Source of the DNA: a virus
Taxonomy: Duplodnaviria > Heunggongvirae > Uroviricota > Caudoviricetes
Direction: 5' to 3' (one strand)
IMG/VR virus record: IMGVR_UViG_2690316278_000016
Length of the DNA: 28,120 nucleotides
Positions 1-8,759 of the stretch are shown here, one piece after another. The number at the start of each line of letters is the position of its first letter. Positions within the stretch are counted from its first letter, which is position 1. The notes beneath the pieces are model-generated. The model was not told the origin of the DNA. It saw only the letters and a list, made by a program, of their open reading frames with translations, and did not search any database. A program made the position numbers and the translations under genes.

Positions 1-1011
1 TTATAACGTCACTCCGCCTTTTAGTGGATTCAGAGCGACGGCATTTTGCAGATAGTCAGGCGCAAGGTGCGCATAGGCCATCGTCTGCTGAATGCTCGCA
101 TGTCCCAGAATCTGTTGCAGTGCGATTATATTGCCCCCATTCATCATGAAATGGCTTGCGAATGTATGCCGCAGGATGTGGGTTGCCTGATTGGGTGGTA
201 TATCAGGTTTCACTCTGCGTAAAATCCCGCAAAATTTCTCATAATCAACTTTGAATAATTTGGCGCTGGCCTCCTCTTTAACTTTTTTCTCCAGTTCCTC
301 AGAAATCGGCACGGTTCGCTTTTTACCGTTTTTGGTTTTCAGGAAGGTAACCCTGCAATTTGTAATCTGTGCTGGTTTTAGCGTGGCAACTTCCGTCCAT
401 CTTCCTCCAGTGCTCAGACATAAAAGCGCGACAAGTAAGTCATCACCAGCCAAAACATTTAACAGTTTTTCGATTTCTGCTTTTTCCAGGAACGTCATTT
501 CAGGGTTGGCCTCCGCCAGTGGCGGCAGTCCGTGAATTGGGTGTTGCCCGGAAAATTCATCCAATTGAATTAATTTTGTGAACATGCCGGATAATCTGTA
601 CATGTCACGGTTTATCGTTGCGGCACTGATACCATCACGTAGTCGCATGGAACGATAATCCATCAAAGCCCTTTTGCTCATCCTGCTCACTGGTATATCA
701 CCTATGCCGCTGATGGTTTTGAGTAGATGATTAAACTCTTTTGTTCCATGCTCGTGGTTTTGCCCGTGATATTTCCACCAGATGTCCAGCAACTCACTCA
801 AAGTCCGGCGGTCTGCTCGCTGGCCTCCCCATTCTTTCTGACTGGCATTGGCGATTGTGTATCGCTCAAATGCTAGTGCTTCAGCTTTTCTTTCGAATTT
901 CCTGCGGATGCGTTTTCCGTCGCGACCGCGAGGTCTAATGTCCACTTCATAGCGACCATCATCGAGCTTCTTAATTGCCATAAGAAAGCCCTCCGGCGCT
1001 GTATTCACCAT
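1..1011 (-). CDS. int: Phage integrase, tyrosine recombinase (P2 Int-like); stop codon at 1-3, so the att site lies just outside the window
   Basis: 336-aa ORF; C-terminal catalytic region HILRHTFASHF...LGHASIQQTMAYAHL (HxxR...Y box); first gene of a P2-order prophage, followed by C and cox. Confidence 0.9.
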   Translation of the reverse strand: MVNTAPEGFLMAIKKLDDGRYEVDIRPRGRDGKRIRRKFERKAEALAFERYTIANASQKEWGGQRADRRTLSELLDIWWKYHGQNHEHGTKEFNHLLKTISGIGDIPVSRMSKRALMDYRSMRLRDGISAATINRDMYRLSGMFTKLIQLDEFSGQHPIHGLPPLAEANPEMTFLEKAEIEKLLNVLAGDDLLVALLCLSTGGRWTEVATLKPAQITNCRVTFLKTKNGKKRTVPISEELEKKVKEEASAKLFKVDYEKFCGILRRVKPDIPPNQATHILRHTFASHFMMNGGNIIALQQILGHASIQQTMAYAHLAPDYLQNAVALNPLKGGVTL

Positions 1012-1050
1012 CTTGGTAGCAAATGGTGAAAATGTAATCTTTATATAGAG

Positions 1051-1344
1051 TTAGCCAATCCTTTTCGCGGAGTGGTTGGACTCTGTTGACTCTGGCCCAA
1101 TGTGCGCGAGAGCCGGTGCGATTTGTCCTGCGTCCGGCGCGGTTTTATCTGTCATAAGCCATAGAGCATATTTTTGGAATGTGGGATGCATAGTGATTTT
1201 TAGCAAAGCTGTGCCACCGGGTTCAAAGTTTCCTCCTTCATATTTTTTAAGTGTGCTTAGCGGTAACTCTATGATTTCACAGAATTTTGATTGGCTTAGC
1301 CCTTCAGCCTCACGCAAGGCCTTAATCTTTTCGCTTAATTTCAT
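1051..1344 (-). CDS. C: Immunity repressor, P2 C-like small HTH protein
   Basis: 97-aa ORF immediately upstream of int on the same strand, divergent from cox; N-terminal HTH-like segment LSQSKFCEIIELPLSTLKKYE; size and position match P2 C. Confidence 0.75.
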   Translation of the reverse strand: MKLSEKIKALREAEGLSQSKFCEIIELPLSTLKKYEGGNFEPGGTALLKITMHPTFQKYALWLMTDKTAPDAGQIAPALAHIGPESTESNHSAKRIG

Positions 1345-1465
1345 TTGACATGGTGCCTATATAGGGACTAAATTCCCTCAAAACTGGAACCTATATAGGT
1401 TCCATTGATTTGAGAATAAACCAGCGTCTAAACGGTTTTGAGTGGTTTAGAAAGGGCTGGATCCT
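1345..1465. promoter_or_regulatory. C/cox lysis-lysogeny switch region with divergent promoters and repeated palindromic CCTATATAGG motif (candidate operator)
   Basis: CCTATATAGG occurs at 1355-1364 and 1389-1398 (second copy inside the palindrome GGAACCTATATAGGTTCC); TTGACA at 1344-1349 with a TAAATT -10-like hexamer about 18 bp downstream, oriented toward cox. Confidence 0.4.
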
Positions 1466-1753
1466 ATGAGGGTACCATATATGGACGCTGAAAATTATGT
1501 GATTCAGTATCCGCTTGATGCGGTTCATGTGGATAAATTTGCTGATTTATTAGGGAAGCCAAAGACAGCCGTCAGTGAAATGGTGAAGGCAAATAAATTA
1601 CCAATTATTGAATTGCGTGATCCTTGCAAACCGAAGGCTCGTGCCGGTGAAAAATGGGTTTTCATTCCTGAGTTTAATCGCGCTGTACGTGAGGCGTTTT
1701 ATAACCGACCGGTTGAACAGCGTGATGCATGGCTTTTGTGGATGGGGTTGTGA
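1466..1753 (+). CDS. cox: Cox-like excisionase / early-switch regulator
   Basis: 95-aa ORF, first gene of the rightward early operon, divergent from C; position and size match P2 cox; true start may be the internal Met (MDAENY...). Confidence 0.65.
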   Translation: MRVPYMDAENYVIQYPLDAVHVDKFADLLGKPKTAVSEMVKANKLPIIELRDPCKPKARAGEKWVFIPEFNRAVREAFYNRPVEQRDAWLLWMGL

Positions 1754-1926
1754 TTATGAATGAGCCGCGTTGTATTGCTCAGTTATTGCGTAACGAAAGC
1801 CCTAGGGCGATTGACTTCACCATCACCCACGGGAAGGGTCGCAAGGGAATCATTATCCGCACCAAAAAACAGAGTCCGTTAAAAAAGGCTCTGACCTTTC
1901 TGAAAAGCCGGAGGGTCTGGAAATGA
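1729..1926 (+). CDS. Small hypothetical early protein (P2 orf78 position)
   Basis: 65-aa ORF between cox and B, overlapping both by a few codons; no recognisable motif. Confidence 0.35.
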   Translation: MAFVDGVVIMNEPRCIAQLLRNESPRAIDFTITHGKGRKGIIIRTKKQSPLKKALTFLKSRRVWK

Positions 1927-2423
1927 CAGTGATGACGCTCAATCTCGTCGAAAAACAGCCAGCAGCTATGCGCCGGATAATTGGTAAGCATCTTGCCGTC
2001 CCTCGTTGGCAGGATACATGTGATTATTATAATCAGATGATGGAGCGCGAACGGCTAACAGTTTGCTTTCATGCGCAGTTAAAACAACGTCACGCAACGA
2101 TGCGTTTTGAAGAAATGAACGACGTCGAACGTGAACGGCTGGTTTGTGCAATTGATGAATTGCGTGGGGCATTCTCAAAACGCCGTCAGGTTGGCGCAAG
2201 TGAGTATGCATATATTAGTTTTTTAACAGTCAGTCAGCGTCGTACTTTATTTATGCATGCCGGATTGACTGAAAAAGAATTCAATCAGCCATACTGGCGA
2301 ATTAATGAAGAGTCATGTTACTGGCGTGATGCTTTATTCCGTGCATTACGTGAACTATTCAGTCTGTTTGAGTATGCACCGACAATTCTGACGTCGGTAA
2401 AACCAGAGCAATATTTGCATTAA
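1923..2423 (+). CDS. B: Replication protein B-like (helicase-loader accessory)
   Basis: 166-aa ORF, same length and position as P2 gene B, start overlaps preceding ORF stop. Confidence 0.7.
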   Translation: MTVMTLNLVEKQPAAMRRIIGKHLAVPRWQDTCDYYNQMMERERLTVCFHAQLKQRHATMRFEEMNDVERERLVCAIDELRGAFSKRRQVGASEYAYISFLTVSQRRTLFMHAGLTEKEFNQPYWRINEESCYWRDALFRALRELFSLFEYAPTILTSVKPEQYLH

Positions 2424-2486
2424 ATAATTAACCAGAGTTTTTAACGCACTTAATTGTGCGGGGCTTCTTTTTGCCTGGAGAAAGTC

Positions 2487-2666
2487 ATGCATACAGTTTC
2501 TGAAAATCAGTGCGGTAAATACGCATTACTGCTGCAACAGGCCAGAACCGAAGCACAGGCCGACGCTGCGACGCGCTTTTCTTCTCATCTTGACGCCATG
2601 ATTCGCCATATCACAAAGGCGGAGTTATCCCGCGTGGAGATAGTCGAGCTGCTCAGTCAGGAGTAG
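2487..2666 (+). CDS. Small hypothetical early protein (P2 orf80 position)
   Basis: ATG at 2487 preceded by GGAG at 2474-2477; 59 aa; ORF track gives a longer version from 2454. Confidence 0.45.
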   Translation: MHTVSENQCGKYALLLQQARTEAQADAATRFSSHLDAMIRHITKAELSRVEIVELLSQE

Positions 2667-2710
2667 GAAAAATTTCACAATATCGGATTGTCTCGCGGGG
2701 AGGTGCTTTG

Positions 2711-3010
2711 ATGTCCTGTTCTCATTCAGTTGTATTACTGAATAACGCCTTAAAAATCGCCGTTATGAAAAATGGCGACTTGTCTCTTATTCAACTTTGT
2801 CTTGATAAAGAAAAACGCGACATCACTGAATCTGTTATCGCGATTTATCAGAATGAATTAAACCTCCTGTCTGATGTGGTCAATTTACTTGTTAAACGCG
2901 CTGTATTCCACAAGCAAATTTCCTCAGTGGATGAACTGACAAAATTAACGACAGAACTTGCCAGTTATTGCGCTGATGTATCCAGGAAACTTAACGATAA
3001 AAGGAGCTGA
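2711..3010 (+). CDS. Hypothetical early protein (P2 orf81 position)
   Basis: 99-aa ORF, ATG at 2711 preceded by GGGGAGG. Confidence 0.45.
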   Translation: MSCSHSVVLLNNALKIAVMKNGDLSLIQLCLDKEKRDITESVIAIYQNELNLLSDVVNLLVKRAVFHKQISSVDELTKLTTELASYCADVSRKLNDKRS

Positions 3011-3012
3011 TA

Positions 3013-3237
3013 ATGCCGGACAACATAGATTTTATTCAGGAACAACAGGCTGAATTACTGGAGCGCCAGATTAACGCGGCAAGGGTAAAACATTGCGGTG
3101 CTTCTGCGCTGGTTTGCGAAGAGTGTGACGCGCCAATTCCTGCTGCCCGTCGTGCGGCTTATCCGTCAGCCACGCGTTGTGTTTCCTGTCAGTCAGTCTT
3201 TGAAGCAAAAAACAAACATTACCGGAGAACGGCATGA
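3013..3237 (+). CDS. TraR/DksA-family C4 zinc-finger protein (P2 orf82-like)
   Basis: 74 aa with CEEC...(17 aa)...CVSC, i.e. C-x2-C-x17-C-x2-C. Confidence 0.7.
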   Translation: MPDNIDFIQEQQAELLERQINAARVKHCGASALVCEECDAPIPAARRAAYPSATRCVSCQSVFEAKNKHYRRTA

Positions 3238-3509
3238 GTATTCGTATTGAAATTGGCGAACGTTATGTCGTTACCAGTGACAGCTTCCAGTTTATTCTCC
3301 ACGAGAAAAAGAGAGCGGAAAGCGGTAAAAACGCCGGTCAGGAATGGCTGGCGGTGGTTGGTTATTACCCGAAATTAAGCCAGCTCGTTTCCGGCCTGAT
3401 GCATCACGATATTCTGACCGGAAGCGCAAAGTCTTTTGCTGATTTAAACGCGCAGGTTGAGCAACTCAGCAAGCGTTGTTCAGAGGCTTTTGGCTCATAT
3501 GGCCGTTAA
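3234..3509 (+). CDS. Hypothetical early protein (P2 orf83 position)
   Basis: 91-aa ORF, start overlaps previous stop, 3' end overlaps the A start. Confidence 0.45.
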   Translation: MSIRIEIGERYVVTSDSFQFILHEKKRAESGKNAGQEWLAVVGYYPKLSQLVSGLMHHDILTGSAKSFADLNAQVEQLSKRCSEAFGSYGR

Positions 3510-5796
3510 AGCCTCCGGGCGTTTTGTCCCTCCGTCAGCATTTGCTGCAGGCACCGGTAAGGCGTTTACCGGTGCTTATGCATGGAACGCGCCACGCGAG
3601 GCTGTCGGGCGCGAAAGACCCCTTACACGTGACGAGATGCGTCAGGTGCAAGGTGTTTTATCCACGATTAACCGCCTGCCTTACTTTTTGCGCTCGCTGT
3701 TTACGTCACGCTATGACTACATCCGGCGCAATAAAAGCCCGGTGCACGGGTTTTATTTCCTCACATCCACTTTTCAGCGTCGTTTATGGCCGCGCATTGA
3801 GCGTGTGAATCAGCGCCATGAAATGAACACCGACGCGTCGATGCTGTTTCTGGCTGAGCGTGACCACTATGCGCGCCTGCCGGGAATGAATGACAAGGAG
3901 CTGAAAAAGTTTGCCGCCCGTATCTCATCGCAGCTTTTCATGATGTATGAGGAACTCAGCGATGCCTGGGTGGATGCGCATGGCGAAAAAGAATCGCTGT
4001 TTACGGATGAGGCGCAGGCTCACCTCTATGGTCATGTTGCTGGCGCTGCACGTGCTTTCAATATTTCCCCTCTCTACTGGAAAAAATACCGTAAAGGACA
4101 GATGACCACGAGGCAGGCATATTCTGCCATTGCCCGTCTGTTTAACGATGAGTGGTGGATTAGTCAGCTTAAAGGCCAGCGTATGCGCTGGCATGAGGCG
4201 TTACTGATTGCTGTCGGGGAGGTCAATAAAGACCGTTCTCCTTATGCCAGTAAACATGCCATTCGTGATGTGCGTGCACGCCGCCAGGCAAATCTGGAAT
4301 TTCTTAAATCGTGTGATCTCGAAAACAGGGAAACAGGCGAGCGCATCGACCTTATCAGTAAGGTGATGGGCAGTATTTCTAATCCTGAAATTCGCCGGAT
4401 GGAGCTGATGAACACCATTGCCGGTATTGAGCGTTACGCCGCCGCAGAAGGTGATGTGGGGATGTTTATCACGCTGACCGCGCCGTCAAAGTATCACCCG
4501 ACACGTCAGGTTGGAAAAGGCGAAAGTAAAACCGTCCAGCTAAATCACGGCTGGAACGATGAGGCATTTAATCCAAAGGATGCGCAGCGTTATCTCTGCC
4601 GTATCTGGAGCCTGATGCGCACGGCATTCAAGGATAATGATTTACAGGTCTACGGTTTGCGAGTCGTCGAGCCACACCACGACGGAACGCCGCACTGGCA
4701 TATGATGCTTTTTTGTAATCCACGCCAGCGTAACCAGATTATCGAAATCATGCGTCGCTACGCGCTCAAAGAGGATGGCGACGAAAGAGGAGCTGCGCGA
4801 AACCGTTTTCAGGCAAAACATCTTAATCGGGGCGGTGCTGCGGGGTATATCGCGAAATACATCTCAAAAAATATCGACGGCTATGCACTGGATGGGCAGC
4901 TCGATAACGATAGCGGCAGACCGCTGAAAGATACTGCCGCGGCTGTTACCGCATGGGCGTCAACGTGGCGCATTCCGCAATTTAAAACGGTTGGCCTGCC
5001 GACAATGGGGGCTTACCGTGAACTACGCAAATTGCCTCGCGGCGTCAGCATTGCTGATGAGTTTGACGAGCGCGTCGAGGCTGCACGCGCCGCCGCAGAC
5101 AGTGGTGATTTTGCGCTGTATATCAGCGCGCAGGGTGGGGCAAATGTCCCGCGCGATTGTCAGACTGTCAGGGTCGCCCGTAGTCCGTCGGATGAAGTTA
5201 ACGAGTACGAGGAAGAAGTCGAGAGAGTGGTCGGCATTTACGCGCCGCATCTCGGCGCGCGTCATATTCATATCACCAGAACGACGGACTGGCGCATTGT
5301 TCCGAAAGTGCCGGTCGTTGAGCCTTTGACTTTAAAAAGCGGCATCGCCGCGCCTCGGAGTCCTGTCAATAACTGTGGAAAGCTCACTGGTGGTGATACT
5401 TCGTTACCGGCTCCCACACCTTCTGAGCACGCCGCAGCAGTGCTTAATCTGGTAGATGACGGTGTTATCGAATGGAATGACCCGGAGGTTGTGAGGGCGC
5501 TCAGAGGTGCATTAAAACACGGACTGAGAAGACCAAACCGTCAGCAAAGAAACGGAAGCCCGTTAAAACCGCATGAAATAGCGCCATCGGCCAGACTGAC
5601 CCGGTCGGAACGAATGCAAATTACCCGTATCCGCGTTGACCTTGCTCAGAACGGTATCAGGCCGCAGCGATGGGAGCTTGAGGTGCTGGCGCGTGGGGCA
5701 ACCGTAAATTATGACGGGAAAAAATTCACTTACCCGCTCGCTGATGAGTGGTCGGGATTCTCAACAGTATTAGAGTCAAACTCAGTGAAGCGTTAA
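3499..5796 (+). CDS. A: Rolling-circle replication initiation endonuclease (P2 gpA-like, HUH superfamily)
   Basis: About 765 aa from ATG 3499 (MAVKASGRF...); HUH motif PHWHMMLF and tyrosine motif GYIAKYISK visible in the translation. Confidence 0.88.
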   Translation: MAVKASGRFVPPSAFAAGTGKAFTGAYAWNAPREAVGRERPLTRDEMRQVQGVLSTINRLPYFLRSLFTSRYDYIRRNKSPVHGFYFLTSTFQRRLWPRIERVNQRHEMNTDASMLFLAERDHYARLPGMNDKELKKFAARISSQLFMMYEELSDAWVDAHGEKESLFTDEAQAHLYGHVAGAARAFNISPLYWKKYRKGQMTTRQAYSAIARLFNDEWWISQLKGQRMRWHEALLIAVGEVNKDRSPYASKHAIRDVRARRQANLEFLKSCDLENRETGERIDLISKVMGSISNPEIRRMELMNTIAGIERYAAAEGDVGMFITLTAPSKYHPTRQVGKGESKTVQLNHGWNDEAFNPKDAQRYLCRIWSLMRTAFKDNDLQVYGLRVVEPHHDGTPHWHMMLFCNPRQRNQIIEIMRRYALKEDGDERGAARNRFQAKHLNRGGAAGYIAKYISKNIDGYALDGQLDNDSGRPLKDTAAAVTAWASTWRIPQFKTVGLPTMGAYRELRKLPRGVSIADEFDERVEAARAAADSGDFALYISAQGGANVPRDCQTVRVARSPSDEVNEYEEEVERVVGIYAPHLGARHIHITRTTDWRIVPKVPVVEPLTLKSGIAAPRSPVNNCGKLTGGDTSLPAPTPSEHAAAVLNLVDDGVIEWNDPEVVRALRGALKHGLRRPNRQQRNGSPLKPHEIAPSARLTRSERMQITRIRVDLAQNGIRPQRWELEVLARGATVNYDGKKFTYPLADEWSGFSTVLESNSVKR

Positions 5797-5882
5797 CTCA
5801 ATAAATATGAGTTTATAAGTTAGGCCTCGAGATTTTGTAGAAAGGGATGTATACTGAGTATCGTATAGATTTGGAGTGAGTG

Positions 5883-6905
5883 ATGACTGTAAAGGTGATA
5901 GACCTTTTTTGTGGTGCTGGCGGATTAACTCATGGTTTGCAGCTTGCGGGGCTTGATGTCGTTGCAGGCATTGACCTTGAGGGGGAATGTAGGTTTCCCT
6001 ATGAAAGAAACAATAAATCTAAGTTTATTGAGCAAGATATCGCTAAAGTAACAAAAGAGGAACTGCTGAGGCTTTATGGTGATGCGTCTGTAAAAGTATT
6101 GGCAGGATGCGCACCTTGCCAACCTTTTTCAAAATATACTCAAGGAAAAGATAAGGCTGATGATAAAAAATGGCCTCTTCTTTATGAGTTCGAACGTTTA
6201 ATTCGCGAAGTATCTCCAGAAATCGTAACAATGGAGAACGTTCCTGATGTAACTAAACATAAAGTTTATAATGATTTTTATAATTCATTGTTAAAGTTGG
6301 GCTATTATGTTTGGGCGTCTAAGATTGATTGTGTCGAATATGGAATCCCACAAAACCGTTCCCGTCATGTATTGTTGGCCTCAAAATTGGGGGCGATTGA
6401 GTTAGTAAAACGTGACGATGTTATTTTGAAAACAGTTAGAGATGCAATAGGAAATCTTCCTCCATTAGAAGATGGCCAAACAGATCCAAATGATATATTA
6501 CATAGAGCCAGTAAATTAAATCCGATTAATAAAAAAAGAATTATACACTCTGTTCCTGGTGGTACATGGAAGGACTGGCCGAAAGAGTTGGTTGCCGCTT
6601 GTCATATGAAATCCAGCGGTAAAGGGTATGCTAGTGTATATGGGCGCATGTCTTGGGATAAGCCAAGTCCAACAATTACAACTCTTTGTTATGGTTTCGG
6701 GAATGGGCGTTTTGGACATCCAGAACAGCATAGAGCGATTTCTCTTAGAGAGGCTGCTTTATTGCAAACTTTCCCGATGGATTATATTTTTGTAGAAGAC
6801 AAAAACAAGTTTGTTATAAGAAGTATTGGGAAAATGATAGGTAATGCTGTTCCTGTGGAACTAGGAAAAGCAATTGGGCAATCAATCAAGAACCATTTAG
6901 AATGA
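5883..6905 (+). CDS. DNA (cytosine-5)-methyltransferase, complete
   Basis: Motif I FCGAGG, catalytic motif IV GCAPCQPFS, motif VI ENV, motif VIII QNRSR, C-terminal GNAVPVELG; GGAG RBS 6 nt upstream of ATG 5883; AT-rich codon usage unlike flanking phage genes. Confidence 0.88.
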   Translation: MTVKVIDLFCGAGGLTHGLQLAGLDVVAGIDLEGECRFPYERNNKSKFIEQDIAKVTKEELLRLYGDASVKVLAGCAPCQPFSKYTQGKDKADDKKWPLLYEFERLIREVSPEIVTMENVPDVTKHKVYNDFYNSLLKLGYYVWASKIDCVEYGIPQNRSRHVLLASKLGAIELVKRDDVILKTVRDAIGNLPPLEDGQTDPNDILHRASKLNPINKKRIIHSVPGGTWKDWPKELVAACHMKSSGKGYASVYGRMSWDKPSPTITTLCYGFGNGRFGHPEQHRAISLREAALLQTFPMDYIFVEDKNKFVIRSIGKMIGNAVPVELGKAIGQSIKNHLE

Positions 6906-6911
6906 TAAAAT

Positions 6912-6928
6912 GGCCTGCTTTACAGGCC
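6912..6928. terminator. Short hairpin between the convergent methyltransferase and HEPN genes (possible bidirectional terminator)
   Basis: GGCCTG-CTTTA-CAGGCC inverted repeat in the 29-bp gap between the two stop codons; stem is short and T-tracts are weak. Confidence 0.35.
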
Positions 6929-6934
6929 TTATAA

Positions 6935-7615
6935 CTATTGTTCTAAATATTCATTATTATTTATATAGTGCTCTATATTATTCACGATAGCATCAAGATA
7001 GGCGATTACTTCTAATGAAATATTCTCTAAGTCCTGATATGAAACATTTTTTCCAATCTCAGCAAATGATACATTGCCATGAGATAAATCATTACGATGT
7101 TGTTTAACAGTGGCTAATTTTTCACCATGTTTAGTGTGAGTGTAATCGGAATGTGTAGAAAAACCATATATTTTCGATTTTTCTTTGATTTCCTCTCTAT
7201 CAATATTTCCTGAGAATATTTTCTTTTTGTTGAACGTGCCATAAGATATACCGCAAGATATACCTTTGGTAAGGTGATTAACTAAACTTTCAACATTTAC
7301 AGATTCATTTTTTAATCTTTTTAATATTTCTGACCTGAGATTTTTCCTGAGTTTGTCAAATTCTACGTTTCTATCATAAATAGTCTCATGAATAAGGCAG
7401 ATAGCTTCTCTCATTGTTGATTCAATGAGGTTATATAACAGTATATATACTGCTCCCTTTAGAGTTTTTCGTGATTGAGCAGTAATGGAGAACTTATGTT
7501 CTTTATCATCAGCTGATATCAGTTCTGCACCGGCATACTCAATAAATTTCAAAAGATCCAAATAGGCCAAGATCTCTCCTGACCTTTCGTCAAAATCCTC
7601 ACGAAAACGATCCAT
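6935..7615 (-). CDS. HEPN-like domain protein (MAE_28990/MAE_18760-type), putative RNase effector
   Basis: 226 aa; C-terminal RNDLSHG fits the HEPN Rx4HG motif; start codon sits 1 nt after the upstream DUF262 gene stop (TAA-C-ATG). Confidence 0.6.
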   Translation of the reverse strand: MDRFREDFDERSGEILAYLDLLKFIEYAGAELISADDKEHKFSITAQSRKTLKGAVYILLYNLIESTMREAICLIHETIYDRNVEFDKLRKNLRSEILKRLKNESVNVESLVNHLTKGISCGISYGTFNKKKIFSGNIDREEIKEKSKIYGFSTHSDYTHTKHGEKLATVKQHRNDLSHGNVSFAEIGKNVSYQDLENISLEVIAYLDAIVNNIEHYINNNEYLEQ

Positions 7616-7616
7616 G

Positions 7617-8759
7617 TTAATCCTCTAATAATTTATCCCGAACATATTCAATTCGTTCAATTACCTTCACGCGACTATTAGCTCCGTCGGAAGTGGTCAA
7701 TCGTTTGAATTCTTCTGAGCTTAGCCAATCTAAGTTCTTGGGAACAAGGTCAGGGACTTCACGTAATGCAAGTGCTGCGCCAACAGCGAGAGATTCGAAT
7801 CTAACTCGAGGTGTAGATTTTGCAGTAATAGTTTTCTTGAATCCTGCTGGGAAATAGTTTTCAACAAAAGATAGAACATTAGCAAACTCTTGTTTCATTG
7901 AGTTTTGTTTAGTTTCGTCTATATCTCGATTTTCTGACATATAGTCATTTAGAAAATCCCGTACGGAATGATCAAAGTTCTTGTACTTATCTACGTAGGC
8001 AAAGAATCTTAATGTAAATTCTAACCGTTCATCTCGTTTTTCTTTAGTCTGAGATAAAGGTGCTAATTCTTTAAATTTAGGTATTGTTGAGCATGGCTTA
8101 ATAACCTGTGTATATAAATTTGTTGAACCAAGTTCTGATCCTTTACGGACTTCCATATCTTTCAATATATCGCTGCCAGAGTTAATACGCTCAAAAAGAT
8201 CTCTACGGGTTTCTTCATTGCATTTAGAACTCAATTCTATAACGCGGACAGGAATTCTCATGAAACGACGTTGACGTGATAATGGTAAATCTTGGAATTT
8301 GAAACCATTAAGGACGTCTAAAGATTTCAGGTCTTGTAAAACTAATTCATTTTGGATAAAAGCGTGTATAGTCCTAACTCGTTGTGAGCCATCAACAATC
8401 TCAATTCGCCCATCTAAATCGGGATCTTCGGAGAGAACATCTGCTATAAATATATATGGTATAGGAAAACCCAAAATCAAAGACTCTATCAATTTTGATT
8501 GTCTTTTTTCACTCCAAACAAAATCCCTTTGATAATCAGGAACAAAGAGTTCGTTAGTATCATCCTCTAATCCGTTATGATACTTATTAACTAATAACTC
8601 AACGGTAAATTCTTTGGTCTCAAAATCCACATCCTTTTGCTCAGCACGAATTTGCTCTTCAGCGTTTTGCTTTATCACCTCTAGCTGAGCAAGCAACTCT
8701 GCTCTTTTCTTGGCATTATCTTCATTTTCTAGTTGAGATTTTAAATCAATAATGTCCAT
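7617..8759 (-). CDS. DUF262 (ParB/Srx-like, GmrSD N-terminal-type) domain protein
   Basis: N-terminal DYQRDFVWS and IVDGSQRVRTI (DGQQR-type motif); ATG at 8759 with AAGGGAA RBS upstream, ORF track extends to a TTG at 8777; no obvious HNH/DUF1524 C-terminal motif. Confidence 0.7.
   Translation of the reverse strand: MDIIDLKSQLENEDNAKKRAELLAQLEVIKQNAEEQIRAEQKDVDFETKEFTVELLVNKYHNGLEDDTNELFVPDYQRDFVWSEKRQSKLIESLILGFPIPYIFIADVLSEDPDLDGRIEIVDGSQRVRTIHAFIQNELVLQDLKSLDVLNGFKFQDLPLSRQRRFMRIPVRVIELSSKCNEETRRDLFERINSGSDILKDMEVRKGSELGSTNLYTQVIKPCSTIPKFKELAPLSQTKEKRDERLEFTLRFFAYVDKYKNFDHSVRDFLNDYMSENRDIDETKQNSMKQEFANVLSFVENYFPAGFKKTITAKSTPRVRFESLAVGAALALREVPDLVPKNLDWLSSEEFKRLTTSDGANSRVKVIERIEYVRDKLLED

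Noticed and set aside
251-938. Plus-strand ORFs inside the integrase gene (251-535, 369-581, 741-938)
   Set aside because: Antisense to the integrase CDS, no RBS or motifs; treated as spurious.
1779-2211. Minus-strand ORFs 1779-1991 and 1966-2211 overlapping the early operon
   Set aside because: Antisense to the cox-B early genes, no start context; likely spurious.
8299-8532. 77-aa plus-strand ORF inside the DUF262 gene
   Set aside because: Antisense to a gene whose frame carries clear domain motifs; AT-rich DNA gives chance ORFs.
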